From Sminthopsis crassicaudata (lineage: Eukaryota): a stretch of DNA of 64,000 nt. Each line of letters begins with the position of its first letter. Position 1 is the stretch's first letter. Below, one piece after another: positions 25,301 through 36,679 of the stretch. The stretch covers positions 62,767,767-62,831,766 of the forward strand of contig NC_133617.1 in the NCBI RefSeq assembly GCF_048593235.1, given 5' to 3'. The notes beneath the pieces were generated by a model. It saw only the letters and a program-made list of their open reading frames with translations. It was not told the origin of the DNA and did no database searches. Position numbers and translations under genes: made by a program.

Positions 25301-26924
25301 TTTAAGGGGCTGATTTTTTATTTAGAGACTAAAGTGTCCAACTGAGAGGGGAAAAAAAGACAAACTAGAAAAATGTTCTATTGTTAAATCAATCAGAACC
25401 ACTAAGTCTCCTAAATACTAGCCCAGGGTTTTTTCCATTATACTACAAGATGACTACGCGCTAAAGAAATAGTAGATTTGAGGGTTTCCCCAAATTATGT
25501 TTAGAAATAAATCTTTAGAATCTGAATGAAAATAGGTGATACAAACCGAGATACCAACTCACCACCTGCCCCAGACCAAATGTGGCCAGAATCAGATTAA
25601 AATGCAGTTAGGAAGTGTTTTAACAAAATAAATTAAAATACAATGTAACATAGATAATGTTAATTTGTAGTTTTCTCAGTCAATATGTGACCTGGAGAGA
25701 TTTATTTCTATTTGAGTATGACTTTACTATCCTACCCAACCAATTCAAAGTCCAGAAAATGTAAAGTTGTAATAATAATATAAACTGAATATGGGGGTGG
25801 AGGGTGGGAAGGGAAGCATCAAACACTGGTGGGTACTTCACCAAAGCCTCTTTGACATAGAAACAATGTTTGGTAATCCCTTTGTATTTGAAGAAAGCAT
25901 TCTAATCTCTCCTGGGGAGTTCTTATATCCTCATACTTGCACTGAGAAGTTGTGCCCTCACACAGGGAGGAAACTGAGGCACAAGGAGGGGACAACTTGG
26001 CAACACAGAAGAGGCAGAGCTTTCCTATGGTTCTGAAATCAATACAGCTGCACTTCCTCGGAGGAAAAAAAAAACCTAAAATTCAGATTTTTCACTTATT
26101 CCTTTTCTCACAAAAAGGCACACGAATGAGGCTTGTTAGTTGTTTCCTTTTTCTGAGTCTTGTCTCTCAGGACAGGGACCAGGTAGGGGAGAAAGACCTC
26201 TTAGCATCGTACCTAGCTAGTGTGTATCTAGACACAGAATCACTAAGCAAATGGGAAGAGGGAACAGGTATTGAGAAACCCAGTGTGTGGTAAAATGAAA
26301 TTATGGGGTAAGCAGCGGGAGTGATTATTGAAGAAGCTGGCAGGGGGCACAGAAAGTGACTTAAAATATCATCTAGGTCAACCATTCATTTTCCAGATGA
26401 GGAAACTGAAGCACATAAGAAAGTAACTTGCAAATGGTCAGTAATAATTATAGAGAACATTTTTATAGTGGTTACTATCCATCCCATCAGGCCTTGTGTT
26501 AAGTGCTTTACAAATTACAATTTACAATTATCTCATTTGATCCTCGTAATAACCAGGAGAGGTGGGTGCTATTGCTATTCCCATTTTACAGAGAAGTAAA
26601 CTAAGGCAGGCAGCAATTAAGTGAGTTTGCATATGGTCACATAGCATAAGTAAGAGTGCCAGGTTGGATTTGAACTTGTCTTCCTGACATTTCTATCCAC
26701 TGAACAAACCTAAAAGAAACAATAGCCCTTAAACCCACATCTTCTGAAACTCATTCCAGGATGTCCTTTTCCTTAACCTCACTGGACTTCCGTTTCCTTG
26801 TCTGGAAAATGAAGGGGTGGAACCTTCTGTATGTATATCTATGATGTTGTGTTTCTAATCACGATTTAGAGAAGAATCAGCCATCACTGGGCAGCAAAGG
26901 GGCTGGATTTTACATAAATAATCC

Positions 26925-26930
26925 TTTATT
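26925..26930 (-). terminator. SMIM24 polyadenylation signal (AATAAA on minus)
   Basis: tttatt on plus, ~225 nt downstream of the SMIM24 stop. Confidence 0.6.
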
Positions 26931-27153
26931 TGTTAGCTAATGTTCAGTGGGGAGGGGAGGGACAGAAATGGAATCATAGCCCCGGTTCCTCCATGTTTCC
27001 CATACAGGGAGAAGAGGAGGATGGGGCCCAAGAATAACAGGGTTCTGTTATTCCAGTTTGAATCATTCTAGGGCCCCAGAGGTGGAGTTTGGGAGACAAG
27101 CATAGAGAAATCTGGGGATTCACCCCATGGATTCCCTGATGGGAGAGCCTTCC

Positions 27154-27262
27154 TCACATGGAAGTATATTTCTGAGCATCTTTGCTGACAGCTGCCACTT
27201 CATCTGGTTCCAAGGCTTCATTGATGCGGCCTTTATCTTCCTTTGATGATTCAGATGGTGTC
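27154..27262 (-). CDS. SMIM24: SMIM24 exon 4: (R)TPSESSKEDKGRINEALEPDEVAAVSKDAQKYTSM*
   Basis: Acceptor cctttctctag|G; phase matches exon 3; TGA at 27156-27154; T-S-M end resembles the STVM/STPM ends of SMIM24 and MAP17. Confidence 0.8.
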
Positions 27263-28712
27263 CTAGAGAAAGGATGACCAGATCTCAATGCCAGCCTAGT
27301 GGAGGGGAGGGAGACCCAGGAAGCTCTTGACTGGGCCAGTTACTGCCCAAGGGAGGATATTTTTGTCCTAGTTGGTGCTTTAAGTACCTAAAAAGTCAGG
27401 TATCTTTTGGAAAGAGCTGAGAGTCGGGAAAGAGGTAGGAGAAGGTTTTGGACAAGATGGAGAACAAAGACAAAGGAGAGGCTACCCTCATCCGAAGCTA
27501 CAACTCTTCATGGGTCCCAGAGACCTCAGGGAAAAATCCAGACTCTTTAGCCTGGCATTTGACAACACCCCATGGTCTAGCCCCAAGCTCCTTCTCCAAA
27601 TCTGTCATTCTTGTGCTTCTACAGGACCTCTCTGCCCTAGCTAAATGGAGTTCCTCCCTCCTGGTCCCTCTTTTCTCCACCAACTCAGCTTATCCCCACT
27701 TCAAAGCTTCTTCTCAGGCTCACTTCTCTCTTCTTTACCTCTACCTCCTTGTCCAAATCACTAAAAAGTACAATAAAGCATATCAGGGGCCATAACCATC
27801 TCACAGATACACATAAAACATGCAGACTTAGCCCTGTGCACCCAGGGGTAATTTCATTAGTGTCAGGGACTCCTGGAGTAAGAATTTGACTCTATTTTAC
27901 TCCAGAAGCCACTGATCACTGCTCTATAATTTAAAAATCTGAGTTGTTTTAGACACTGAAGGGATAATGGTGATGAATATTTATAAAGTACTTTTATGTG
28001 CCAGGCACTGTGCTAAGTGCTTTGCAATTATTATATCCTTTGATCCTCACAATTCTGGGAGTAGAAGCTAGTATTTACAGGTGAGGAAACCAAAACAGAC
28101 AGGTTAACTGACTTGCCCAGTTCCAAGGTGAAATTTGAATTCAGGTCTCCCTGATTCCAGGTCCAGTGGTCTATTCACTATTTCACCTACTTAAGTGAGT
28201 ATCTGAGAGTGAAGTTGAAGTGTGTTGAAAGCTGGACCTGAATCCAGACCTTCCTGGCCAGAAGATTTGTACTCTTTTACACAAATGATTCCAACCTTGC
28301 AAAATAATGCATACAATGCAACTAATGAACCTATCTGTCCCTGCATACACACAAGTATTCGGTACCCACTTGGGCACCTGCATTTGGACATAGAAACAAA
28401 GACAAAGACACATAAATATGCAGGCAATCATTCAAGAGCACACAAAGGTAATAGCCCCCAGCTCTGTAGCCTCTAGCTGATTCTTCACAACCACTTTGAA
28501 GACATTCGTTCAAATCCTTTCTTATAGGAATTTTACAGGTAGGGAAACTGAGACAGAGTCTATATGAGCATCAAATGGGATTCGAACCTAGATGTCCTAT
28601 CTCCAAATCTGGAGCACTATATTATTTCACTGAAGTATATAAAATGGAAACAAAACAAAATATACACACGTATATTTGTGTGCACATGTGATAATATAAA
28701 TGCACCCTTTAC

Positions 28713-28781
28713 CTCAACTGAATGTTTTCATAGAATCTCCGAGTTGATTGGATTTCTTCAAATTCCTCCTCCTCATCGTTC
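28713..28781 (-). CDS. SMIM24: SMIM24 exon 3: (R)NDEEEEFEEIQSTRRFYENIQL(R)
   Basis: ctctttcctccccag|G...TTGAG|gtaaag; 69 bp, phase 2 to 2; acidic DEEE run as in human exon 3. Confidence 0.85.
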
Positions 28782-29127
28782 CTGGGGAGGAAAGAGAATC
28801 AGGAGGTTCTCCTTGGCCAGGATTCCCTTCTCATCCTGACCTCCCTCCCTACACCTCCCTCTCACACACATCATGGGATACTTCCTCAGGCTAAGACTCA
28901 ATCCCTAGTATTCCACAAACTTAGAACTTAAAGATGAGCCCCAATTCCATCATTGCACAGATTAGTAAACTAAGTTACATATATTTTAACATATATAACA
29001 TATTGGATTGCTTGCCATCTAGGGGAGGAGGTGGGGAGGAAGGAGGGGAAAATCTGAAACACAAGGCTATGCCAGGGTTAATGTTGAAAAATTATCTGTG
29101 CCTATGTTTTGACAATAAAAAGCTTTA

Positions 29128-29466
<339 letters not shown>

Positions 29467-29656
29467 TTAGTGAGAAAATGAAGGAAAGGATTCTGAGAAG
29501 GTGAGGGAGCAATTCCCCCTTTCCTTTTTCATCTTCCAAAATGTTCCATGTGAAAACAGGGAGATTGGGAGACCCAGAGCCACAGAAGGGAACCTGGGCT
29601 GTTCCCTGAAGCCCCTTGCCCAAGGTCTCCCCATCCTCCCATCCCTAAACTCCCAC

Positions 29657-29723
29657 CTTTCTGGGCATCCGCTGATGACAGCAACAGCACAGAGAACACG
29701 AAGAGGGTCTCCTGGAGCGACAT
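29657..29723 (-). CDS. SMIM24: SMIM24 exon 1 (signal peptide): MSLQETLFVFSVLLLSSADAQK
   Basis: ATG at 29723; hydrophobic core with an A-D-A cleavage site; donor AAAG|gtggga. Total CDS 67+112+69+109=357 nt, 118 aa. Confidence 0.9.
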
Positions 29724-29894
29724 GGGGCCAAGCAGCCGTGGCTGGTCAGTCTGTCTAGGGTCCTGGAGTGTGGTCTCTCTTTTCACTGACTGCTGCAGAA
29801 GGGAGCTGAAGAGATGGCTTCCAAAGGCCCCACCCAGATAAGCTAAAGCAGAAGGGGCAGAGTTTGGGGTGTGGGGAGTGCAGTATTGGTAGGA

Positions 29895-30200
29895 GAATGA
29901 TTATTTATTGGACTTTGAAGGCCCCACAACTCCACAACTACCAGCTGCTCAGGGACCACACCTTTCTTCCCTTTTAACCCTCTGTGGCCTTGGTCTTAGG
30001 TGATTGGGCTCCAGGATAACCAAAGACCGAAACTCTGCCTTCTCAGTTGACCACATCCCAAGCATCCTGCTGGTCCTTCTCACATTGAAGGGGCTTTGCC
30101 AGGCCATTCCTTCGAGCTCCAGTCCTTGAGGGCCATTCTCCACCCAAACACAAAGGGTTAACTGGAGAGAGACTCTGGACTTTGGTAACAATTAACTGGG
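29895..30200 (-). promoter_or_regulatory. SMIM24 promoter with HNF4 and HNF1 motifs
   Basis: TGGACTTTG (HNF4 motif CAAAGTCCA) at 29909-29917 and 30176-30184; HNF1-like GTTAATTGTTACC at 30184-30196; TATA-like AATAAATA at ~29901-29909. Confidence 0.6.
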
Positions 30201-31773
30201 TCCCATTCTCAGGAAGTGAGAATCCATTATCCCTACTCAACTGTTAAGCACAATTGGTCCTTAAAGAAAGCATGGATGGCTTCACCACAGGGCAAAGAGG
30301 GACAGTTTGGACAGCCCCTGTCAGGAACTTAGAGTAATTGAGATCAACAAAGTCTCAGTATCTATGCTCAGAACAGATTATAGTCTCTAGTACTGAGAGA
30401 GTCCCAATGCTCAAAAAGAGATTCTTCTCCTAATCCTTAGATTTAGGAACCTTCTGGGTGCAAACAGTTCAGCAGCTTAGACTGAGCCGTGGGGAAGCTC
30501 AAATTTTAGTGAGACCTTGCTCACTAAGGCCATTTTTCCAGTCAAGAATTGAGCGTCAGTCTCCCCTCTACAACTATAGCAAAAGAGAGCATAAATGTTA
30601 TTAAATACTCGTGTCAAACATTAGGATATCACTGTGGAGACTGTACCTTCACAGAAGTCCCCCCTGTGAGCTGGAAGGTGAGGAATTAGGTTAAATGTGC
30701 CCCTGCTCCAAGAAAGAACAAAATAGGGAGCAGAGTCCATTGGAGCAGCAAGGAATATAATCTCAATCTTATAAAAGGTGTCCCCTCAGGGACCAGATCC
30801 CATACAATGCCGCCTCTGTGTGGAAGGAGGGATAAGCCAGTGCTGGAAAGAGTACTGGATCTGGAGTCACAGATCATTAAAAGAACTTAAGAGATCAGGG
30901 GATCAAGAACAATCTGAAACTCAGGGAGGGAACTTGATTTCCCATAGCTACATAGAAAATCAACGGCAGAGCAAATCTTGGGTTTGAATTCAGGTTCTGT
31001 TATTTGCTGTATGACACAGGGCAAATCACTTAACCTCTTCCAATCTCATTTTTGTTCTGTGGAAGAGGAAATTGTACCAAGTGATTTTGAAAGTCTTTCA
31101 GTCCAAAATCCTATTATAACATGAGTCATCCATTAGCCCATTAACTAGCCCTTCCTTAGGTGAAGGTGGACTCTATCCCAGTTTCCATGAGAAAAGCCAT
31201 AGCCTTGGCACATGGTCTGAAGGTCAAAGCACAAAGTAATCAACTTCTATCTTCCTTCTCTTGCCTTTCCCCTATCCACAGGCCTCTTACCCCCTCCAGC
31301 CCATCCCCTAACACACACATTCCTTCCAAAGCAGAGAACCACTGAGGCCCAGGGGTGGACAGAATATGGAGAGACAGAACTAGTGCAGCTGTTTCCTGGA
31401 TGATTGGGAAGAACAACACAAATCGGAACTGTTTTATACAGTCCAAAGTACTTCACACCCATTAGCTTATCTAAGAACTCACATTTCTATTTTACAATGC
31501 ATTTTTTTCCCCACAATCACATTTTGAGGTAGATAGTTCATTACTGTCCCCATTTTATAGAAATTCATGCTCAGAGAGGTGAAGTCATTTGCTTCCTTTT
31601 ATATGGTGTCGCAGTCAGGAGCCAATCCTAAGATTTTCTAACTCAGTCCATTCAATTCACTTTGAAAAAAACATACTGTGTCCTGAGTCATAGAAATTTC
31701 ATTTGATTTTCCTGTCAAAAACAAACTGAGGACCAGACAGGGCAAAGGATTTGCTAAAGATTACAAAACCTGA

Positions 31774-31922
31774 GGGCAGCTAGGTGGTGCAGTGGATAGA
31801 GCACCAGCCCTGAATTCAGGAGAACCCGAGTTCAAATTTGGTCTCAGACACTTAACACTTCCTAGCTGTGTGATCCTGGGCAAGTCACTTTACCCCAGCC
31901 TCAGGAAAAAAAAAAAAAAAAA
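31774..31922 (+). mobile_element. WSINE1, full length with A tail
   Basis: gggcagctaggtggtgcagtggatagagc A box, gagttcaaat B box, CORE, poly-A; imperfect TSD attacaaa(a/g)c. Confidence 0.9.
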
Positions 31923-32216
31923 TTACAAAGCTTACAGTAGTAGAGATGGGACTAGTAGCTAGTCCTCAGGCTAGCAGCCCAGTGGTCCAAAGGCCTCGAA
32001 CTACATCATTTTAGTGAGTCTTGACTATGCTGTCCTGAGCCCTATGCTTGACTATTCTATAGTTGAGACAAGAGGAGACACTTTTTCAAGAAGTTCTTGA
32101 TCTGTCAGGGGGAATAAAAATGACATTTTCAAAATGATAAGAAAATTCAGTATAGAGAACTGAATAGAAAGCATAATTAAGATCCAGGAAGACAACAGGT
32201 TTAAAAGATTAGAGCT

Positions 32217-32970
32217 TGCCCAAAAAGTTATCAAAATGTGCATACCCGTTGACCCAGCAGTGCTACTACTGGGCTTACATCCCAAGGAAATACTAAAGAA
32301 GGGAAAGGGACCTGTATGTGCCAAAATGTTTCTGGCAGCTCTTTTTGTTGTAGCTAGAAACTGGAAGATGAATGGATGCCCATCAATTGGAGAATGGTTG
32401 GGTAAATTGTGGTATATGAATGTTATGGAATATTATTGTTCTGTAAGAAATGACCAACAGGAGGAATACAAGAGAGACTTACATCAACTGATGCTGAGTG
32501 AAACGAGCAGAACTAGGAGGTCATTATACACTTCAACAATGATACTGTATGAGCATGTATTCTGATGGAAGTGGATATCTTCAACATAGAGAAGAGCTAA
32601 TACAATTCCAATTGATCAATGATGGACAGAATCAGCTACACCCAGAGAAGGAACACTGGGAAATGAGTGTAAACTGTAGCATTTTTGTTTGTTTGTTTTT
32701 CTTCCCAGATTATTTTTATCAATTCTTTCTTTGCAACAGCAACAAAATTCGGTTCTGCACATATATATTGTACCTAGGATATACTATGAGATATTTAATA
32801 TGTATGGGAATGCCTGCCATCTAGGGGAGGGGGTGGAGGGAAGGAGGGGAAAAATTCAGAACAGAAGGGAGTACAACAGATAATGTTGTAAAAAAAAAAA
32901 AAATTACCTATGCATATGTACTGTCAAAAAAAATGTTATTATTATAAAAATTAATTTAAAGAGGAAAAAA
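32217..32970 (+). mobile_element. 5'-truncated L1 (ORF2p C-terminus, 3'UTR, A tail) with 14-bp TSD
   Basis: ORF 32236-32565 (CIPVDPAVLLLGLHPKE...CPSIGEWLGKLWY) is the L1 ORF2p end. TSD AAAAGATTAGAGCT at 32203-32216 and 32971-32984 with a TT|AAAA endonuclease site. Confidence 0.95.
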
Positions 32971-34046
32971 AAAAGATTAGAGCTAAATGTAACCTGAGAA
33001 ATTACTGAGTCCAACTCTATTTTGTATAAGGAGAAACTGAGGGACAAATTTGCCTAAAGTGAGCAAATACCAGAGTCAGAATTTGAATTCAGGACACCTA
33101 ATTACTAGTCCAGAAAATCTTGAATGCTGAAAGTTGTCCTGCCATCCTCCCCTTGTCTAAATGCAACTATTTCCAACCTACCTACCAGCTACTGAAAGCA
33201 TAGGCTTTTGTTGCTCAGATCATCACTGTTGGAGACAGGCTGGAACAGTGTTGGGGAGTAAAAACAGCAGAGAAAAAGGTCTGAAGGACATTCAGATTTG
33301 GGGAATGGGACTTTCCACCTCAGCAGTGCTTTTTCCTTTGGGATTTATGAGTCATCAGACCTCTGAGGGGTTGTCATGTAAAGAGGATTGATTTTCTAAG
33401 CCTGGATGTAGAACACAGAACTCAATATAGCTGGGAGAAATAAGGAGGAGGCAGATTTCAGTTCAGTGTGAGGATAAACTCCTTAATAATCAGAGCTTCA
33501 GGCGACAGTGTGGTGGATAGAGATGGTGTGTTGGGTAGTGAGATCAAGACCTAATTCTAATACATGCTATCTTAGTGTTCCCGGGTATCTAAGACTTGTA
33601 AGTTGCAAATTCACTGCCAATTGCCATTAAAATTTCCACAATGTGTACCCCTTATCGATGAAATCACAGGTCTGAACTAAAAAAAAAAAAAAATTAGAGT
33701 TGTTTAGCAATGGAAAGCACAGCCTCCTTTCCCCATAAGCAGAGACAGAGTGATGATCCCTTGGGAATGTTTTAGGGCACTGTTTCCCAGTCATCAGTAT
33801 CTGCCTCTAGAAAATTTTTTCCTAGTCCACAAAACTCATCCATGTAAAACATCAACCTTCTCTTCCCTTCCCACTGTGTGCTAAGCTGGTTCCTGCCTGC
33901 TCCCTCCTCTGTGGGTGAAGCTCCCTCATCACCATTCAGGCTGCAAAGGACTGAGTTACTTGCATGGAGAACTGAGATACTGGACTGCTTTGCAGTCCTA
34001 CGCTGCCTGTCGGGAGTTTCCTGGTTTAGATAGGTGGACTAGAATT

Positions 34047-34236
34047 CAAGACTTCTTAAATTTTTTCTACTACTGATACCTTTTTGCTTGAGAAATTTTT
34101 GTGACCCCATGTATACAGGTATATAAAATAGGTATACAAATCAAACATTTATTGATAATAAATCATAATTTTGTGACCCCCACATTCAATTATAAGACCC
34201 CATCTGGGGTAGCAACCCACAGTTTAAGAAGCTTTG
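34047..34236. mobile_element. hAT/Charlie-type MITE
   Basis: Terminal inverted repeats caagacttcttaaa / tttaagaagctttg (12/14 match). Partial second copy at ~59225-59305. TSD not clean. Confidence 0.7.
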
Positions 34237-34494
34237 AATTAGATGGTCTCTGAGGTCTCTTCCAGCTGAGATTATAGTTTTTGTCAGGCCAGTGGTGGAA
34301 CAGAATTCAGTTTTCACAAACTCAGTCCCCAGACTACTTGTTAGAAATATAAAGGGAGGTCTCACAACAATCCAGTATCAGTGAGATTTCCTCTTATTTT
34401 TTCCTTCTGATCGGTGCTAACTGATCCAAGGCCCTTGCGGCAGCTTTTGCTGAGCCCCAGGATATCAAGGAGACATCCATTCCTGGCTCTTTCT

Positions 34495-34754
34495 CTACTC
34501 TGGGCTTTGCTGGGATCCTGGCTCTTGGAAGGTGATGATGGAAGGGCGTTTAGGAGTAGTGTGGGGAGACCAGCAGGGGGACTTCCAGGTCTCCCTGTCC
34601 CCAGGCAGGGCATCATCCGAGGAACCAGTCAGCTCTTCCCCTTGCCAGGTCAGGGCCAACTCTAGATCCAGCTCCTCCATGTCTTCACCTTCTAGGCTGC
34701 TGGGCAACTCCCTTATTGACTCTTGCGGCTCTGGCTTCGGCCCAAAGGCCCAAT
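34495..34754 (-). CDS. SMIM44: SMIM44 coding exon 2: (D)WAFGPKPEPQESIRELPSSLEGEDMEELDLELALTWQGEE...KRPSIITFQEPGSQQSPE*
   Basis: Acceptor tctttgtgcag|AT; TAG at 34497-34495; DWAFGPKP and LDLxLALxWQGEE match human SMIM44. Confidence 0.9.
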
Positions 34755-35366
34755 CTGCACAAAGAATATAGATAGGACAACCTTTTTCCTCTTCTTGAGC
34801 TTCTCCTCCCACCTTAACCAAGGGCCTATAAGATCAGCAAGGGTCAGAAGCACCCTTTATTTTCCAGATACAAAAGCAGAGAGAAAATAGGGAATATACC
34901 CATGCTCTGACACAGGCCCAGGACACAAAGCTAGGTGTCCTGGCTCTTACCTGAGGTTCTCTCTCCTAGAAAGGGTGTTAGGGTAAATCACATTTCTCCA
35001 TAGGATGGAGGGCAGGGCAGGAAGCCTTCCAGGTCTACCTCATCACTTCTTCTTCCCTCCCCACACCATTGGTTTGGTGCTTGCCTGTTTACAAAGTGTC
35101 TTATGTACATTGTCTCAGTTGGACCTGCACAATAACCTTAGTGAGGCTAAGAGTGATTATTATGATTATCTTACAGTTAAGGAGTCAAAGGCTGAGACAG
35201 TGTTACATTAAACATAACTCTAAATTCTTGGTATCACAAAGCCAGTAAACTGAGGAAGCAGAATTTAAATTCAGGGCTCTGGACTTGAAAGCAAATTACT
35301 ATTGTTCAAATGTTTGTAAATGATATTGTATTAATATGCAAATACCCTTAATAGCATAAATAGGCT

Positions 35367-35507
35367 TTTTTTTCCCTGAGGCTAGAGTTAAGTGACTTGC
35401 CCAGGGTCACACAGCTAGGAAGTGTTAAGTGTCTGAGAGAGAGTTGAACTTGGGTCCTCCTGAATTCAAGGTTGGTGCTCTATCCACTGGGCCACCTAGC
35501 TGCCCCC
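35367..35507 (-). mobile_element. WSINE1 in SMIM44 intron
   Basis: Full SINE on minus; TSD aataggcttttt at ~35359 and ~35511. Confidence 0.88.
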
Positions 35508-35850
35508 AACAATAGGCTTTTTTTTCTTGTCAAATATGTTCTCAATAGTATAGGTCTTAAGATGTGGGGTTCTGAGTTTTAGGAAATTTAGAAAAGAATT
35601 ATACTTGAAACTGACAAGCACCATACTTTAAGCCCCCGGTAACTTCCATCACATTTATAAATGAACTCTTCCCTGGATGAGGGGAAAGAGGAGGGAGAAC
35701 CATACCATTCTGCTCCACTATGTTCCCCAAGGGCTCCTAAGGAGGAGCCTCACCTAAGCCCTATCTCAGGAAAGGAGGCTGGAGGGCACATGAAGCTTCT
35801 ACCTTGCTCTCTGGAGGGCTCCCAGGAGGAGGCAGGCCCCAAGGACTCAC

Positions 35851-36067
35851 CAGCCAGGTCATGCATGAGGTCTTTGATGAGGTGCCCAACAATGGCATAG
35901 GCCACAGCTATGACCACGAGGGCAGCAAGCAGCAGGTACAGCACGTACTTAGGCAGGGGCACAGAATCTAGGGCAGGTGGTCGGTAGTCCTCAAACATGG
36001 GCGGCTCCTTGGTTTGGTCCTCAAACTCCTCTTCCAGCAGATGCCGAGAGCCCCAGCCCCCTACCAT
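35851..36067 (-). CDS. SMIM44: SMIM44 coding exon 1: MVGGWGSRHLLEEEFEDQTKEPPMFEDYRPPALDSVPLPKYVLYLLLAALVVIAVAYAIVGHLIKDLMHDLA
   Basis: Kozak gggATGg; one TM segment; donor GCTG|gtgagt. Total CDS 217+260=477 nt, 158 aa. Confidence 0.92.
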
Positions 36068-36679
36068 CCCGACCCTTCAGCAAAAGGGTCTAAAAGGGGG
36101 ATATGGGGCATGGTGCCCAAGAGACTGGCAATGCTGGAGTGACTCACCCCCAAGGGTGGCAGCGGAAGTATTAAGGGTCTTAGGGACTTAAGAGGATTGT
36201 GGAGATTATTGTGAGGGTGGGAGGAGAACAGCAAGACTTGGTGGGGCCCAGAGACCACAGGATCAGCCCGATCAGTTTGGCAGGGCTGGGACTGAAGCCA
36301 CATCTCCTGGACTCTGGTCCACTACATGACTAGGACCTCATAGAAGGAATCACCATTACTCCTTTTTCTTCCTAGAGTATGATGAAAATTGGCTGGGGGA
36401 ACTTCCACATCCCAGTCAAGCATTTCCTTATAGAATCCTGGTCTTGAGACTGTTTGGATCTAGGGTAGGGAAAAATGGTGAAAGCTGTTGGGTTCCCTCA
36501 AGGAAGGGGTGTGACCTGAATAGGAGCCCAGACTCTTCATTGAGATTGAGGTTAGAAATTATCTCATTGAACTTCTCCCTTTACAAATGAGGAAACTGAG
36601 ACCCATGAGGGTAAGATGCTTATTCATAGCAAGCTAATAGCAACTAGGACCAAACCCAGATATCCTGATTTTCAGTCTA

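Noticed and set aside
31774-31850. tRNA-like A/B boxes here and in other SINE heads
   Set aside because: They are WSINE1/MIR promoters followed by CORE and an A tail, not tRNA genes.
32236-32565. 109-aa ORF as a host gene
   Set aside because: It is the ORF2p C-terminus of a truncated L1.
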